This document shows, piece after piece, positions 31,607-41,855 of a DNA stretch of 64,000 nt. The stretch comes from Bacilli bacterium. Lineage in GTDB: Bacteria > Bacillota_I > Bacilli_A > RF39 > UBA660. Within the stretch, counting starts at the first letter, position 1. Each line of letters starts with the position of its first letter. The translations under genes and the position numbers were made by a program. Under the pieces are notes generated by a model. The model was not told the DNA's origin. It saw only the letters and a list, made by a program, of their open reading frames with translations, and ran no database searches. Location: assembly GCA_036342255.1 (NCBI GenBank), contig JAZAUS010000002.1:6334-70333 (forward strand). Direction: 5' to 3'.

Positions 31607-32395
31607 CTACTTATCTTCATTATTAGTATGATTTACTATTTTATTAGCAACTTTTGCTAAGTCTTTACCTTCAAAAGCTCTTAAAACTTCTATTGGTATA
31701 GCAAATATAATTGTATTTGATTGATCAGATGATAAATCATTTAGGGTTGCTAATGTTCTTAAATGTAGAGCTCCTGGAGTTGTAGACATTATATTAGCAG
31801 CTTCAGCTAAATTTTTAGCAGCTTCAGTTTCACCAACTGATTTAGTTATTACAGCTGCTTTTTCTCTTTCGGCTTCTGCAACTTTTGCAATTACTCTTTG
31901 CATCTCTTCTGGTAGTTTAATGTCTTTTAATTCTACATTTTCTACTTTTATTCCCCAAGGATCTGTTGCTTCATCAATTACTTTACATATCTCAGTTGAT
32001 ATTTTATCTCTTTCTGTTAATAATTCATCTAAAGATACAGCTCCAACAGCGTTACGCATTGTTGTTTGAGCTAATTGAGAAACAGCATATTGATAATGTT
32101 CTACAGCAATAACAGCTTTTGATGCATCAAATACTTTATAATATAATACAGCATTTATTCTAATAGATACATTATCTTTAGTAATTGCATCTTGTTCTGC
32201 AACATCAACGGCTTTAGTACGAATATCTATTTTTTGATAAGATTCAATAATTGGTAATACAATATTCCATCCAGGATTTAATATTTTTTTGAATTTACCA
32301 AATCTAAATAGTATACCCCTTTCATATTCAGTAATTTGTCTTATTGATATTAATAAAATAAAACCAATTACTATTAATAAACTAATTAAAACCAT
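31607..32395 (-). CDS. SPFH/band-7 (stomatin/prohibitin-like) membrane protein
   Basis: 262 aa; N-terminal TM then SPFH domain, Ala/Glu-rich coiled-coil region. Confidence 0.75.
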   Translation of the reverse strand: MVLISLLIVIGFILLISIRQITEYERGILFRFGKFKKILNPGWNIVLPIIESYQKIDIRTKAVDVAEQDAITKDNVSIRINAVLYYKVFDASKAVIAVEHYQYAVSQLAQTTMRNAVGAVSLDELLTERDKISTEICKVIDEATDPWGIKVENVELKDIKLPEEMQRVIAKVAEAEREKAAVITKSVGETEAAKNLAEAANIMSTTPGALHLRTLATLNDLSSDQSNTIIFAIPIEVLRAFEGKDLAKVANKIVNHTNNEDK

Positions 32396-32450
32396 AGTAC
32401 ACTCCTTTCTAGTTTAAGTATACATTTAATATTCATAAATGTAAATATTT

Positions 32451-33512
32451 TTATCCAATTAATAATAATTTTATTATTATTATCCATTTACTCTTTGTTT
32501 TATTAGGAATATTCTTTATATCTTTTATTAATTTTATTACTTCATTTATTTTTAAATCTTGTAATTGTTCCGTATATTCTATTTTTAATTTTTTAAAAAT
32601 GTCAAAAGTATTTATAACTAGTTCTTCTTTTTCTTCATTAGTCATTTTATCTAAATATATTTTTAAATTTTCTTTTAATTTAGTACTCTTTTTGCTTAAA
32701 TGGCCTTGGAATAGTAAGCCTCCGAAGACTTCCCATGAGAATCCATCATGAGCCCATAATCCTTTATTGGGACTATTTACAATGAAGTAGTTGGTATTTT
32801 CTAAAGTCATACCAACTATGCTGTAATTTGGTACTATTGTTATTAATTTGTTAGTTAGATCTTGATATAATTCTTTATTATTTTCTATCATTTCTTTTTT
32901 TAGTCCAGGGCCATCATAATTATATACTTTTTTTACTCTTTTTTTATAATTATTATTACTAAACATATAAGCATACATTGATAGGTTTCCACCTTTAGAA
33001 TGGCCTCCAATATAAATATTTCGATCAAAAAAGTTAATAGTATCTTCTAAATATTTTAGGGCTAGTTTTTGAGATGGAATATAATCTTTATAAAACATTT
33101 CTAAGTCTTCTCTCCAACCTACTATACTGCTATCGGTTCCACGATAGCTTATGTATGTTAATTTATCTAATCTTATTGTTATGGCTGAGAATTGTGTTTC
33201 TTTATCTATTATCTCTATATGGTTATATATTTTTAAATTCTTGTATCTTTTAGAGTCTTTTAATGTTTCCATTAATTTATAACAATTAGGAAATAACCAA
33301 TTCTCTTTTTTGGGATTAAAACATTTAAATTTTTCTATAAATAAATTAATAGCATCATCTAAATATATATAATCTTTTTTGCTATTTGGAACGATGTCTT
33401 TTAATTTTACATAACTTAATAAAGCAAATATTAATGAATCTGTTTCATTGAAGTTATATTCTTTCATTGGTATATTTTTATAATATTCTATATAATCAAA
33501 TATATTTTTCAT
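32451..33512 (-). CDS. alpha/beta hydrolase, DUF2974/lipase-like
   Basis: 353 aa; GGHSKGG nucleophile elbow (GxSxG) in translation. Confidence 0.55.
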   Translation of the reverse strand: MKNIFDYIEYYKNIPMKEYNFNETDSLIFALLSYVKLKDIVPNSKKDYIYLDDAINLFIEKFKCFNPKKENWLFPNCYKLMETLKDSKRYKNLKIYNHIEIIDKETQFSAITIRLDKLTYISYRGTDSSIVGWREDLEMFYKDYIPSQKLALKYLEDTINFFDRNIYIGGHSKGGNLSMYAYMFSNNNYKKRVKKVYNYDGPGLKKEMIENNKELYQDLTNKLITIVPNYSIVGMTLENTNYFIVNSPNKGLWAHDGFSWEVFGGLLFQGHLSKKSTKLKENLKIYLDKMTNEEKEELVINTFDIFKKLKIEYTEQLQDLKINEVIKLIKDIKNIPNKTKSKWIIIIKLLLIG

Positions 33513-33520
33513 CTTATCAC

Positions 33521-34279
33521 CTAGTTTAATTCTATATTAATACTTATGGGGCAGTGGTCACTGCCATAGACATCTTTATGGATGGTTGGATTTTTAACTT
33601 TATTAATGATACTTTTTGATACAAGAAAATAATCTATTCTCCAACCAATGTTATTCTCTCTTGCATGTCCCATGTAACTCCACCAAGTATAGGCATCTTT
33701 TTGATCTTTGTTATAATATCTGTACGTATCAATAAAGCCACTATCTAAAAGAGTGGTAAATTTTTCTCTTTCTTCATCTGTGAAACCTGCATTACCGCGA
33801 TTTGCTTTAGCATTTTTTATATCCATTTCTGTATGTGCAACATTAAAGTCACCACATATTATTACTGGTTTCTTTTTCTCTAATTGTTTTAAATAATTTT
33901 TTATATCTTCTTCCCATTTCATGCGATAATCTAATCTTGATAAATCTCTTTTAACGTTTGGTACATATTGGTTAACTAAGTAGAAATCTTTATATTCTAA
34001 TGTAATTACTCTTCCTTCATGGTCGTGTTCATCTATACCTATTCCGTATGTAACATTAAGAGGTTCATAACAAGTATATATCATTGTTCCTGAATATCCT
34101 TTTTTATCTGCTGGATTTAGATAACAATAATAGTCTTTGGGATTAAAATCTATTTGTTCTTGTAATGCTTTGACTTCTTGTAAGCAATAGATGTCAGCAT
34201 CTATATTGTAAAAAAAGTCTTCAAAGCCTTTTTTTAAGCAGGCTCTAAAGCCAGCTACATTCCAAGATATAATTTTCAT
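33521..34279 (-). CDS. xth: exodeoxyribonuclease III
   Basis: 252 aa; MKIISWNVAG..., CLQEVK, GDFNVAHTE, GSDHCPI motifs of the ExoIII/APE family. Confidence 0.85.
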   Translation of the reverse strand: MKIISWNVAGFRACLKKGFEDFFYNIDADIYCLQEVKALQEQIDFNPKDYYCYLNPADKKGYSGTMIYTCYEPLNVTYGIGIDEHDHEGRVITLEYKDFYLVNQYVPNVKRDLSRLDYRMKWEEDIKNYLKQLEKKKPVIICGDFNVAHTEMDIKNAKANRGNAGFTDEEREKFTTLLDSGFIDTYRYYNKDQKDAYTWWSYMGHARENNIGWRIDYFLVSKSIINKVKNPTIHKDVYGSDHCPISINIELN

Positions 34280-34321
34280 ATTAACACTTCCTTGCGTAAT
34301 GTATTATATCACTATTTTCTT

Positions 34322-36916
34322 TTATTTTATAGTTCTATATATTATTTTATATAACTCTGATACTATTATTATTAGTAATGAGAAGGCAAATGATAGAATT
34401 ATGGTTGGTAATGGTAAATTAGTTATTTTTAAGAAATTAGCTAGAATTGGTACTTTTATTACTATAATTTGTAATAATATGGAACCTATTATGGTTATTA
34501 TTACTAATGGATTGCTAGTTAATGGTGTGGTAAAAATACTATTTTTTTCGCTTCGACAATTTAGAACATGAATATTTTGAATGAAGACCATTAGAAGCAT
34601 AATTATGCTTCTAGATAGTAAGAGATTAGTATTTTTATCATTTAAATATTTCCAAATTGTAAATATCATGAATGATATAGTAAAGGCAAATATAAGTACT
34701 TCTATCATTAACTCTTTGTTAAATAATGATTCATCTGTTTTTCTTGGCGGGGTATTCATTATATCTTTTGATCCTCTTTCAAATGATAAAGCCATATCTT
34801 GTAGACCATCTGTAACAATATTTAGCCATAATAATTGGATGGCTACTAATGGCAATTCGTAGCCTAAACATACTGAGAATAGATAAAATAATACTTCTGC
34901 TAACCCACAAGACAATAAGAATAAAACTATTTTTCTTATGTTAGCATAAGCTATTCTTCCTTCTTTTACTCCTTCTACAATAGAAGTAAAATTATCATCC
35001 ATTATAATCATATCTGCTGTATCAATGGCTACATCTGTACCACTTCCCATTGCTACTCCTATATTGGCTGTTTTTATTGCTGGAGCATCATTAACTCCGT
35101 CTCCTGTTACTGCTACATATTCCCCTGTTCTTTTTAGAGCACTAACTATATTTAGTTTATCTGTTGGGGTCACTCTTGAAAAAACTTTAATTTTTTTAAT
35201 ATAATTATCAAAATAAGATTGTCCTTTGGAGTAAGCTTCTTCTAATTCTTTGCTAGTTATAACTTCTTTTTCAGTATTGACTAAATTTAATTCTTTAGCA
35301 ATAGCTAGAGCTGTTTTAGGATGATCTCCTGTTATCATTATAACTTTGATACCTGCATTTTGACACTCTTTAATGGATTCTTTAACTTCATCTCTAACAG
35401 GATCTATAAAAGCTACTAGACCTAAGAAATCTAAATCTTTTATGTCTTTTTCTTTGGTACTATCTACATAGCCATCGCATACTGCTATTACGCGATAGCC
35501 TTCTTTTGATAATTCTTCATTTTGTTTTATATATTTTTCACTATGTTGAGAAAATGACATTACTTTTTCGATTGAGCCTTTAACGGTACATTTTAGTTTC
35601 CCATTGTCTCTATAGAATACTGCTGAATATTGTTTTTCTGATTCATATGATATCATTTTTTCTTGTTGATAATTGATACTTGTATTCAATTTTGATTTAA
35701 GAGCTAGAAAGGCTATATCGATAGAATCACCATAGTATTTGAATTTGTTTTGTTCTTTGGTAAAATGAGCTTCATTATTTAAAGCACATAGATTTATTAT
35801 TTTGGTTACTTGAGTGATAGATTTTTCATTATTAATTATTATTTCTCCATCATTATTGTATCCGGTACCTGTTATATTAATAATTTCACCATTTTTTAAT
35901 ACTATTTTTCTTGCTGTTTGTTCATTGGCTGTAAGTGTTCCTGTTTTGTCAGTTGCAATGACAGTGCAACTGCCTAGTGCTTCTACGGAATTTAAATTTT
36001 TTACGATAACATTTTTTTTACTCATTTTATTGGATGCTATTGTTAGGGCCATTGTTAGGGCTAATGGTAGCCCTTCTGGCATGGCAGATATGGCTAATGC
36101 TACTACTGAGAGAAAAATTGAATTAAATTTATAACCATTTATATATAGAATAATACTAGATATGATAGCTATTATGACCATTATAAGGCTTATTTGTTTG
36201 GTAAAATGTTCCATCCTAATGGTTAATGGGGTTTTTTCTTCTTGAGTATCAGTAACTTGTTTGAATATTTTTCCTATTTCTGTATCTATGCCTGTAGATG
36301 TTACAATAGCTTTAGCTCTACCAGTAATTATATTACATCCTGCATATAACATATTCTTGCGTTCTGCTAAAATAGTATTATCCTTTATTACTTTATTATT
36401 CTTTACTATGTTAATACTTTCTCCTGTTAATATAGATTCATCTACTTGGAGATTATTGGCTTCAATTATTCTAGCATCTGCATTTATTTTATCTCCACTT
36501 TCTAAAAGAATAATATCTCCTTTTATGATATTTTCAGAATCTATAATATATTCTTTATTATCTCTTAATACTTTGCTTTTATTTTTTAGCATATTATTTA
36601 AACTTTCAGCTGATTTTAAAGCTTTATTTTCTTGATAAGTACCCATTATTGTATCTACTAGAATAATAAAGATAATAACACTAGCGTCAACTATTTCTCC
36701 TACTATAAAAGAAATTATTACTGTTATAATTAGGATTATTTCAATAGGAGATGTGAATTCTTTTAAAAATAATTCTATAATACTTGGTCTTTTTTTCTTT
36801 GGCAATATGTTTTTGCCTTCTTCTTTTATTCTTTTATTTACTTCATTATTAGTTAATCCTTTACTATTAGATTTTAACCTTTTATATATTATATCTATAT
36901 CCTCGTTATAGTACAT
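34322..36916 (-). CDS. P-type Ca2+-transporting ATPase (type II)
   Basis: DKTGTLT phosphorylation motif, PEGLP, TGDGVNDAPA; start placed at second ATG (36916), which has GGAGGT SD 5 nt upstream, rather than ORF-track 36928. Confidence 0.85.
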   Translation of the reverse strand: MYYNEDIDIIYKRLKSNSKGLTNNEVNKRIKEEGKNILPKKKRPSIIELFLKEFTSPIEIILIITVIISFIVGEIVDASVIIFIILVDTIMGTYQENKALKSAESLNNMLKNKSKVLRDNKEYIIDSENIIKGDIILLESGDKINADARIIEANNLQVDESILTGESINIVKNNKVIKDNTILAERKNMLYAGCNIITGRAKAIVTSTGIDTEIGKIFKQVTDTQEEKTPLTIRMEHFTKQISLIMVIIAIISSIILYINGYKFNSIFLSVVALAISAMPEGLPLALTMALTIASNKMSKKNVIVKNLNSVEALGSCTVIATDKTGTLTANEQTARKIVLKNGEIINITGTGYNNDGEIIINNEKSITQVTKIINLCALNNEAHFTKEQNKFKYYGDSIDIAFLALKSKLNTSINYQQEKMISYESEKQYSAVFYRDNGKLKCTVKGSIEKVMSFSQHSEKYIKQNEELSKEGYRVIAVCDGYVDSTKEKDIKDLDFLGLVAFIDPVRDEVKESIKECQNAGIKVIMITGDHPKTALAIAKELNLVNTEKEVITSKELEEAYSKGQSYFDNYIKKIKVFSRVTPTDKLNIVSALKRTGEYVAVTGDGVNDAPAIKTANIGVAMGSGTDVAIDTADMIIMDDNFTSIVEGVKEGRIAYANIRKIVLFLLSCGLAEVLFYLFSVCLGYELPLVAIQLLWLNIVTDGLQDMALSFERGSKDIMNTPPRKTDESLFNKELMIEVLIFAFTISFMIFTIWKYLNDKNTNLLLSRSIIMLLMVFIQNIHVLNCRSEKNSIFTTPLTSNPLVIITIIGSILLQIIVIKVPILANFLKITNLPLPTIILSFAFSLLIIIVSELYKIIYRTIK

Positions 36917-37000
36917 AGCTACCTCCATAAAAAAATTAAGAATTATTATATTCTTAATTTTATTTTATCATATTTTTATTTTTTTTCAAATATAGCTTAA

Positions 37001-37426
37001 TTATTCATTATTTCCCATTGTGAAACATACCATATACTTTTTAAATTCAACAAAAAACATATCATCCATTAAATAAAACATACTTATGCCTCCATCACAT
37101 CTACCAAGTGAATCTAATAATTTGTTGTTTTTTATTGTATATACTTTGATTGGATTACCTATTTCAAGATTAATCCAATATAATAAGCTTTCTAATAACT
37201 TTTTTTCATCAGTACCTAACCAAGAGGCTAGTATTTGTTCTAGTGTTTTATTTGTTTCTTCTAATTCAATTAATTCTTCTTTTATTTTGTATTTATTGGC
37301 AAAAGATTTTTTGTAATCTTTTTTATACATGCAATCTACTTCTATAAATGAAGGGCCTATATAGGAAGAAATAGATGAAGCTAGATTAGTTAGTCCGGTT
37401 AGATATGAACTAATATTTTGCTGCAT
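37001..37426 (-). CDS. hypothetical protein
   Basis: ORF-track 154 aa; start probably internal M14 to avoid 26-nt overlap with gpmI. Confidence 0.4.
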   Translation of the reverse strand: MQQNISSYLTGLTNLASSISSYIGPSFIEVDCMYKKDYKKSFANKYKIKEELIELEETNKTLEQILASWLGTDEKKLLESLLYWINLEIGNPIKVYTIKNNKLLDSLGRCDGGISMFYLMDDMFFVEFKKYMVCFTMGNNE

Positions 37427-37439
37427 TATATCACCACCT

Positions 37440-38954
37440 TTATTTATTAATAAGTACTTTCCCATCTATTTCAATAGGTATTGGTATATTTAATAGTGAT
37501 AACATAGTTGGAGCTATGTCTGCTAGTTTACCATTATCTATTAATTTTAGATTTTTTCTCGTTATGATAAATGGTACTTTATTGGTTGTATGTGTTGTAC
37601 ATGGAGTACCATCTTCATTAATCATAACATCACAATTACCATGATCAGCTGTTACTATTAGAATTCCATCTATTTCTTTTATTTTGTCATATAATCTTTT
37701 TAGACATTTATCGACGAATTCTACTGCTACAACGGCAGCATCATAATTACCAGTGTGTCCAACCATATCCCCATTAGCATAGTTTAAAATAACTACATCT
37801 AAATAATCTTTATTTAGTTCTTTTAATAATTTATCTGTTATTTCTTCAGCACTCATTTCCGGTTTTAAATCATATGTGGCTACTTTTGGAGAATGAACTA
37901 GTATTCTTTTAGAGTGTTTTAATTCTTTTTCTACTCCTCCATCAAAGAAATAAGTAACATGGGCATATTTTTCTGTTTCTGCTATTCTTAGTTGATTTAA
38001 GCCTAAGCCTTCTATATACTCACCTATGGTATTGTTTAATACTTGGTGATCAAAAGCATGTTCACCCATAACAGTATCTGTAATTGGCATCATTGATACT
38101 AGCTTTATATTATTAAATGTCTTAGTTTCCATAGGACTAGCTTTAGGATTAGTTATGGCTGTACACATTTCTCTTAATCTATCTGGACGATAATTAAAGA
38201 TTATTATGCCATCGTTATCATTTAAGTAGCCATTGGTATTATTAATTATACTTGGTTTAATGAATTCATCTGTTATATCATTTTCATATGATTTATTAAA
38301 TACTTCTGTAGGAGTGTTATATTTATCACCTATTCCATAACAGATAGCATCATACGCTAGTTTTAATCTATCATAGTTATTATCTCTATCCATAGCATAA
38401 TATCTACCAGATATAGTAGTAATAACACCTATATTTGTTTCTTTTAATTTTTTTTCTAATTCTTCTATATACTTTATTCCACCATGAATATCGGTATCTC
38501 TTCCATCTGTGAACATATGCAAATAAACTTCATTAATGTTTTGTTTTTTACACATATCAATGATGGCAAATAAGTGCGATATATGAGAATGAATTCCTCC
38601 ATCACTTAAAAGACCCATAATATGTAATTTGGAATTATTATCTTTAACATGTTGCATTATCTTTAATATATTTTCATTTTTAAAGAAATTTTTACTTTCT
38701 ATTTCTCTATTAATTAATTCTTGTGGTTGATATACTATTCTTCCTGCTCCTATATTCATGTGTCCTACTTCACTATTGCCCATTTGACCTTTTGGAAGAC
38801 CTACTAATTGGCCAGAGGCTTCTAATAAAGTATGAGGATAATTATTGTATAAATAATCAAATGTAGGTTTTTTAGCGTTTTTAAAAGCATTACCATTACT
38901 TTCTTTTCTAATACCACAACCATCTAGTATACATAATACTAAAGTCTTTTTCAT
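37440..38954 (-). CDS. gpmI: 2,3-bisphosphoglycerate-independent phosphoglycerate mutase
   Basis: 504 aa; full-length iPGM (N-term MKKTLVLCILDGCG..., metal-binding His/Asp motifs). Confidence 0.9.
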   Translation of the reverse strand: MKKTLVLCILDGCGIRKESNGNAFKNAKKPTFDYLYNNYPHTLLEASGQLVGLPKGQMGNSEVGHMNIGAGRIVYQPQELINREIESKNFFKNENILKIMQHVKDNNSKLHIMGLLSDGGIHSHISHLFAIIDMCKKQNINEVYLHMFTDGRDTDIHGGIKYIEELEKKLKETNIGVITTISGRYYAMDRDNNYDRLKLAYDAICYGIGDKYNTPTEVFNKSYENDITDEFIKPSIINNTNGYLNDNDGIIIFNYRPDRLREMCTAITNPKASPMETKTFNNIKLVSMMPITDTVMGEHAFDHQVLNNTIGEYIEGLGLNQLRIAETEKYAHVTYFFDGGVEKELKHSKRILVHSPKVATYDLKPEMSAEEITDKLLKELNKDYLDVVILNYANGDMVGHTGNYDAAVVAVEFVDKCLKRLYDKIKEIDGILIVTADHGNCDVMINEDGTPCTTHTTNKVPFIITRKNLKLIDNGKLADIAPTMLSLLNIPIPIEIDGKVLINK

Positions 38955-39014
38955 TTTATCATTCTCCTTAACTAAATATTATTATACAATAAAAAGACTT
39001 TTATTTAAAGTCTT

Positions 39015-39443
39015 TTATCTTAATTTAGGTTTATCATTATTCTCAAATAGTTTATTATAATTTGCAACACGTTTTCCATATACTATTTCACTATCGGTTC
39101 TAGATTTATGCATTATTTCTTCAAAAGTTATTTTTTCATAATCTTCTTCAGTAAGAAAGCTATGACTTCCTTTTTTTGATTCTGCTAAGTCTTGGATAAT
39201 GCATTTATAAGTATATACTGTTTTTTCTTCAAGGTTTAGTATGCTATTAGGGATTGGATAATTATTATGAGCAAAACTGTTATATAGTTCTTTTAAGAAT
39301 TTTATTGTTTTAGTATAAGCTGCTTCATCATTTAGCCATTCACCAGCAAGTCTTCCTTTTTCTGTGCTTTCTAAATTGCTTATATATTCATTAAGTTTTT
39401 CATCCCATCTTCTACTTTGTTCTATCTTATCCATTATTATCAC
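39015..39443 (-). CDS. hypothetical protein
   Basis: 142-aa ORF, no recognisable motif. Confidence 0.4.
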   Translation of the reverse strand: MIIMDKIEQSRRWDEKLNEYISNLESTEKGRLAGEWLNDEAAYTKTIKFLKELYNSFAHNNYPIPNSILNLEEKTVYTYKCIIQDLAESKKGSHSFLTEEDYEKITFEEIMHKSRTDSEIVYGKRVANYNKLFENNDKPKLR

Positions 39444-39480
39444 TCCTAGTTTAGTTGTTGATTATATTTTATCAAACAAT

Positions 39481-39507
39481 AGAAAAAGTAGCAATAGATA
39501 TGCTACT
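39481..39507 (-). terminator. rho-independent terminator after the LOG-like gene
   Basis: hairpin agtagca-N7-tgctact followed by T-run on minus strand; same element recurs at 47040..47070. Confidence 0.5.
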
Positions 39508-40033
39508 TTTTTTGTGTTAATTCAATGGCTTTAGATAAAGCTTCTTGTGGTGTTGATACTTTTATACATTTTAATCTTTTTCTATCATCTAGATATTTAT
39601 TGGATAATTTATTGGCCCAACCACCATATTTGTCTACTACTATTATTGGTATTTCTGCTTGATATGCTATGGCTATTTCGGTTAGGGTTCCTGATCCTCC
39701 TGATATAGCTATTATAATGTCACAAGATAATACTAGGTTAAATTCTCTTCCACCACCTATTTCTAATCCTGAATTGATTAAGATGGTTGGGCGATATGAT
39801 CCATAAATTTTTTTATTTTTACCACTAGTAATACCTACAGTGATTCCATTATTTTTACTGGCTGATTTGGCTGCTTCTGTTGATAGAGATGTATACTCTT
39901 TTTCAGCACCATATACTAGTATGTTTCCTGATTTGGCTATTAATTTGCCTAATTCTTTGGCAAATTTAATAGCTTCTTTACTATATTTTAAATCAGCAGC
40001 TGATCCCATTATACCTATTTGTATCTTTTTCAT
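39503..40033 (-). CDS. LOG-family / TIGR00725-like Rossmann-fold protein
   Basis: 176 aa; GIMGSA...GITVGI...ISGGSGTLTE pattern of LOG/SLOG-type nucleotide-binding proteins. Confidence 0.55.
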   Translation of the reverse strand: MKKIQIGIMGSAADLKYSKEAIKFAKELGKLIAKSGNILVYGAEKEYTSLSTEAAKSASKNNGITVGITSGKNKKIYGSYRPTILINSGLEIGGGREFNLVLSCDIIIAISGGSGTLTEIAIAYQAEIPIIVVDKYGGWANKLSNKYLDDRKRLKCIKVSTPQEALSKAIELTQKK

Positions 40034-40704
40034 AATTTTCTTATCTCCTTCTTTAAGGTTTTAACGACTTCTTCATTTTCATTAGTATTAATTATTCTTT
40101 CAGGTAACTCTGATATTTTGGTATTGGTTTTCTTTTGTTTATCTATTTCTTCCCATAGATAGGTACTTCTATATAGGCAACCTTTAGAAAAATATTTTTC
40201 ATATTTATCAGGTATAGAGGCTCTTTCATTAGGATTGCCATATGGTTTAAAATATGGAGCTTTATAGAGGCCGTTATTGGTATTAATCATAATACCGGAG
40301 CCTGCTATGCCAAAATAGAAGTCTCTTTCACATATTTGATCTATGACACTTGTTGACATTAAATAGTTGGTTATAAGGCCATATTTTAGATTTTGATTAA
40401 AAATATAATAGGCTTTACTGGTAGTTAGGGATGATATTATTCCTACTACTTTTATATTATATTTATTAAATCTATTAATAATATCTTTTAGTACATTACC
40501 TGAGAATACTACATCATCTGCTAATATTATTTGTTTTGCTTGTATTTGGTTAGATAATCTTGATATTTGGTAATCTAATGATTCACTGGTTCTAGATATT
40601 ATTTCATTAGTACCATCTACTCTAGTGCAATCTAAAAAATAGATATTTTTTTCATCAGGCCTTATATAAATTTTATCTAGAGTAACAATGGGGATAGTCA
40701 CCAC
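40030..40704 (-). CDS. type I phosphoribosyltransferase-like protein
   Basis: 224 aa; PRPP-binding-like IILADDVVFSGNVL motif; GTG start; 4-nt overlap with the LOG-like gene. Confidence 0.5.
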   Translation of the reverse strand: MVTIPIVTLDKIYIRPDEKNIYFLDCTRVDGTNEIISRTSESLDYQISRLSNQIQAKQIILADDVVFSGNVLKDIINRFNKYNIKVVGIISSLTTSKAYYIFNQNLKYGLITNYLMSTSVIDQICERDFYFGIAGSGIMINTNNGLYKAPYFKPYGNPNERASIPDKYEKYFSKGCLYRSTYLWEEIDKQKKTNTKISELPERIINTNENEEVVKTLKKEIRKL

Positions 40705-40918
40705 TTATTAGGTTATTTACTTCTAACATTTCTTCTTCTGTAATTATAGTTACATTACTATTAAATATTTTATTTACATCCCTTTTAAAATCTTCTCTTA
40801 TGGTATTAATTACTATATTGTTTGGTATAAATTTATATTCATAATTATAGGCATTTACGCCTTTTAATATTCTTTTTATGTCATTACTAAAGACAATTCC
40901 TTTATTTATTTTTTTCAT
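40673..40918 (-). CDS. hypothetical small protein overlapping the PRTase-like gene start by 32 nt (possible frameshifted N-terminal domain)
   Basis: 81-aa ORF with GAGGAG RBS; different frame from the downstream gene. Confidence 0.4.
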   Translation of the reverse strand: MKKINKGIVFSNDIKRILKGVNAYNYEYKFIPNNIVINTIREDFKRDVNKIFNSNVTIITEEEMLEVNNLISGDYPHCYSR

Positions 40919-40956
40919 AATAATCTCCTCTTTCTTATATTTATTTAATTAAAAAA

Positions 40957-40981
40957 GCTATACAAGTAGTACTTGTATAGC
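40957..40981 (-). terminator. perfect 12-bp-arm palindrome followed by T-run on minus strand, between leader ORF and the RBS of the downstream operon (terminator/attenuator)
   Basis: gctatacaagta-g-tacttgtatagc with aaaaaa on + strand side. Confidence 0.5.
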
Positions 40982-41043
40982 ATAATAGTTTTATTTATAG
41001 CTAGATACAAGCACTACAAATAGCACTTGTACCTACGACAGGG

Positions 41044-41112
41044 TCAATGTCGTATTAACAAGTGCAGACTATTATGATGATGATTAAATTGTATTATATA
41101 TAATTTAATCAT
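41044..41112 (-). CDS. candidate 22-aa leader peptide MIKLYIIQFNHHHNSLHLLIRH
   Basis: ATG with GGAAGG RBS 7 nt upstream; overlaps a series of ACAAGT/ACTTGT alternative pairing segments ending in a terminator hairpin. Confidence 0.2.
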   Translation of the reverse strand: MIKLYIIQFNHHHNSLHLLIRH

Positions 41113-41162
41113 AATAATCCTTCCTTTCGTTGCAGTGATTATAGCATATAATATACTTTAAG

Positions 41163-41723
41163 TCAATTTTTTATGCATATATCTTCAGCATCCCAGTTAT
41201 TAAAATTAGGTTTTAAAGATAGTCTTTTTGCTCTGCTTTCTTTTCTTTTTTTACTTACATCTATATTTCTAATATTATCAAGAGCTATCTCATAATATTT
41301 AATGGCAGTTAAATCATTAATATTAGGATATACTTCTTTTAATTTAAAATATATAGCCTGAGCTAAACTTAAATCACATTTATTTCCAGTATTAATACCA
41401 TCAATTCTACTATGATGATTTTTTAAATAGTCATACATTATTTTATTTTTAAGTGAAAGATCATCTCTATTTTCATCTAAAACGCTTTCATCTAAACCGC
41501 ACTTAATACATCCACAACGTTTATTTTTATCATCATAAACTTTTGAATATACTAATACATGCTTACATAAATCATATTGTTCATTGCATAAGCTATAATT
41601 TAACATCTTCTTTAATTCTATATATTTTTTTACATTTTTATCTTCTTCAAGTAGTTTTATCTCATTCTTTATTTTTTTCCTTATCTCTTTCATTTTAGTA
41701 TATTCATTATCCAATTCTTTCAT
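41163..41723 (-). CDS. hypothetical protein with Cys cluster (CGCIKCG)
   Basis: 186-aa ORF; coiled-coil N-term; possible zinc-binding Cys pairs. Confidence 0.5.
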   Translation of the reverse strand: MKELDNEYTKMKEIRKKIKNEIKLLEEDKNVKKYIELKKMLNYSLCNEQYDLCKHVLVYSKVYDDKNKRCGCIKCGLDESVLDENRDDLSLKNKIMYDYLKNHHSRIDGINTGNKCDLSLAQAIYFKLKEVYPNINDLTAIKYYEIALDNIRNIDVSKKRKESRAKRLSLKPNFNNWDAEDICIKN

Positions 41724-41855
41724 TTAAAATTCCTCCAATTATAAATACTATTATAAATATTTCTCGTTTCTAATGTTTTTACCATTTCTACAAATATATC
41801 AATTTTATTTCTAGAATTGATATTTATTAGTAAATAGAAGAAAAGTTAAACCAAA

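Noticed and set aside
34299-34571. 90-aa plus-strand ORF overlapping the 3' end of the P-type ATPase gene
   Set aside because: It is antisense to a confidently identified ATPase CDS. It is hydrophobic low-complexity and has no RBS.
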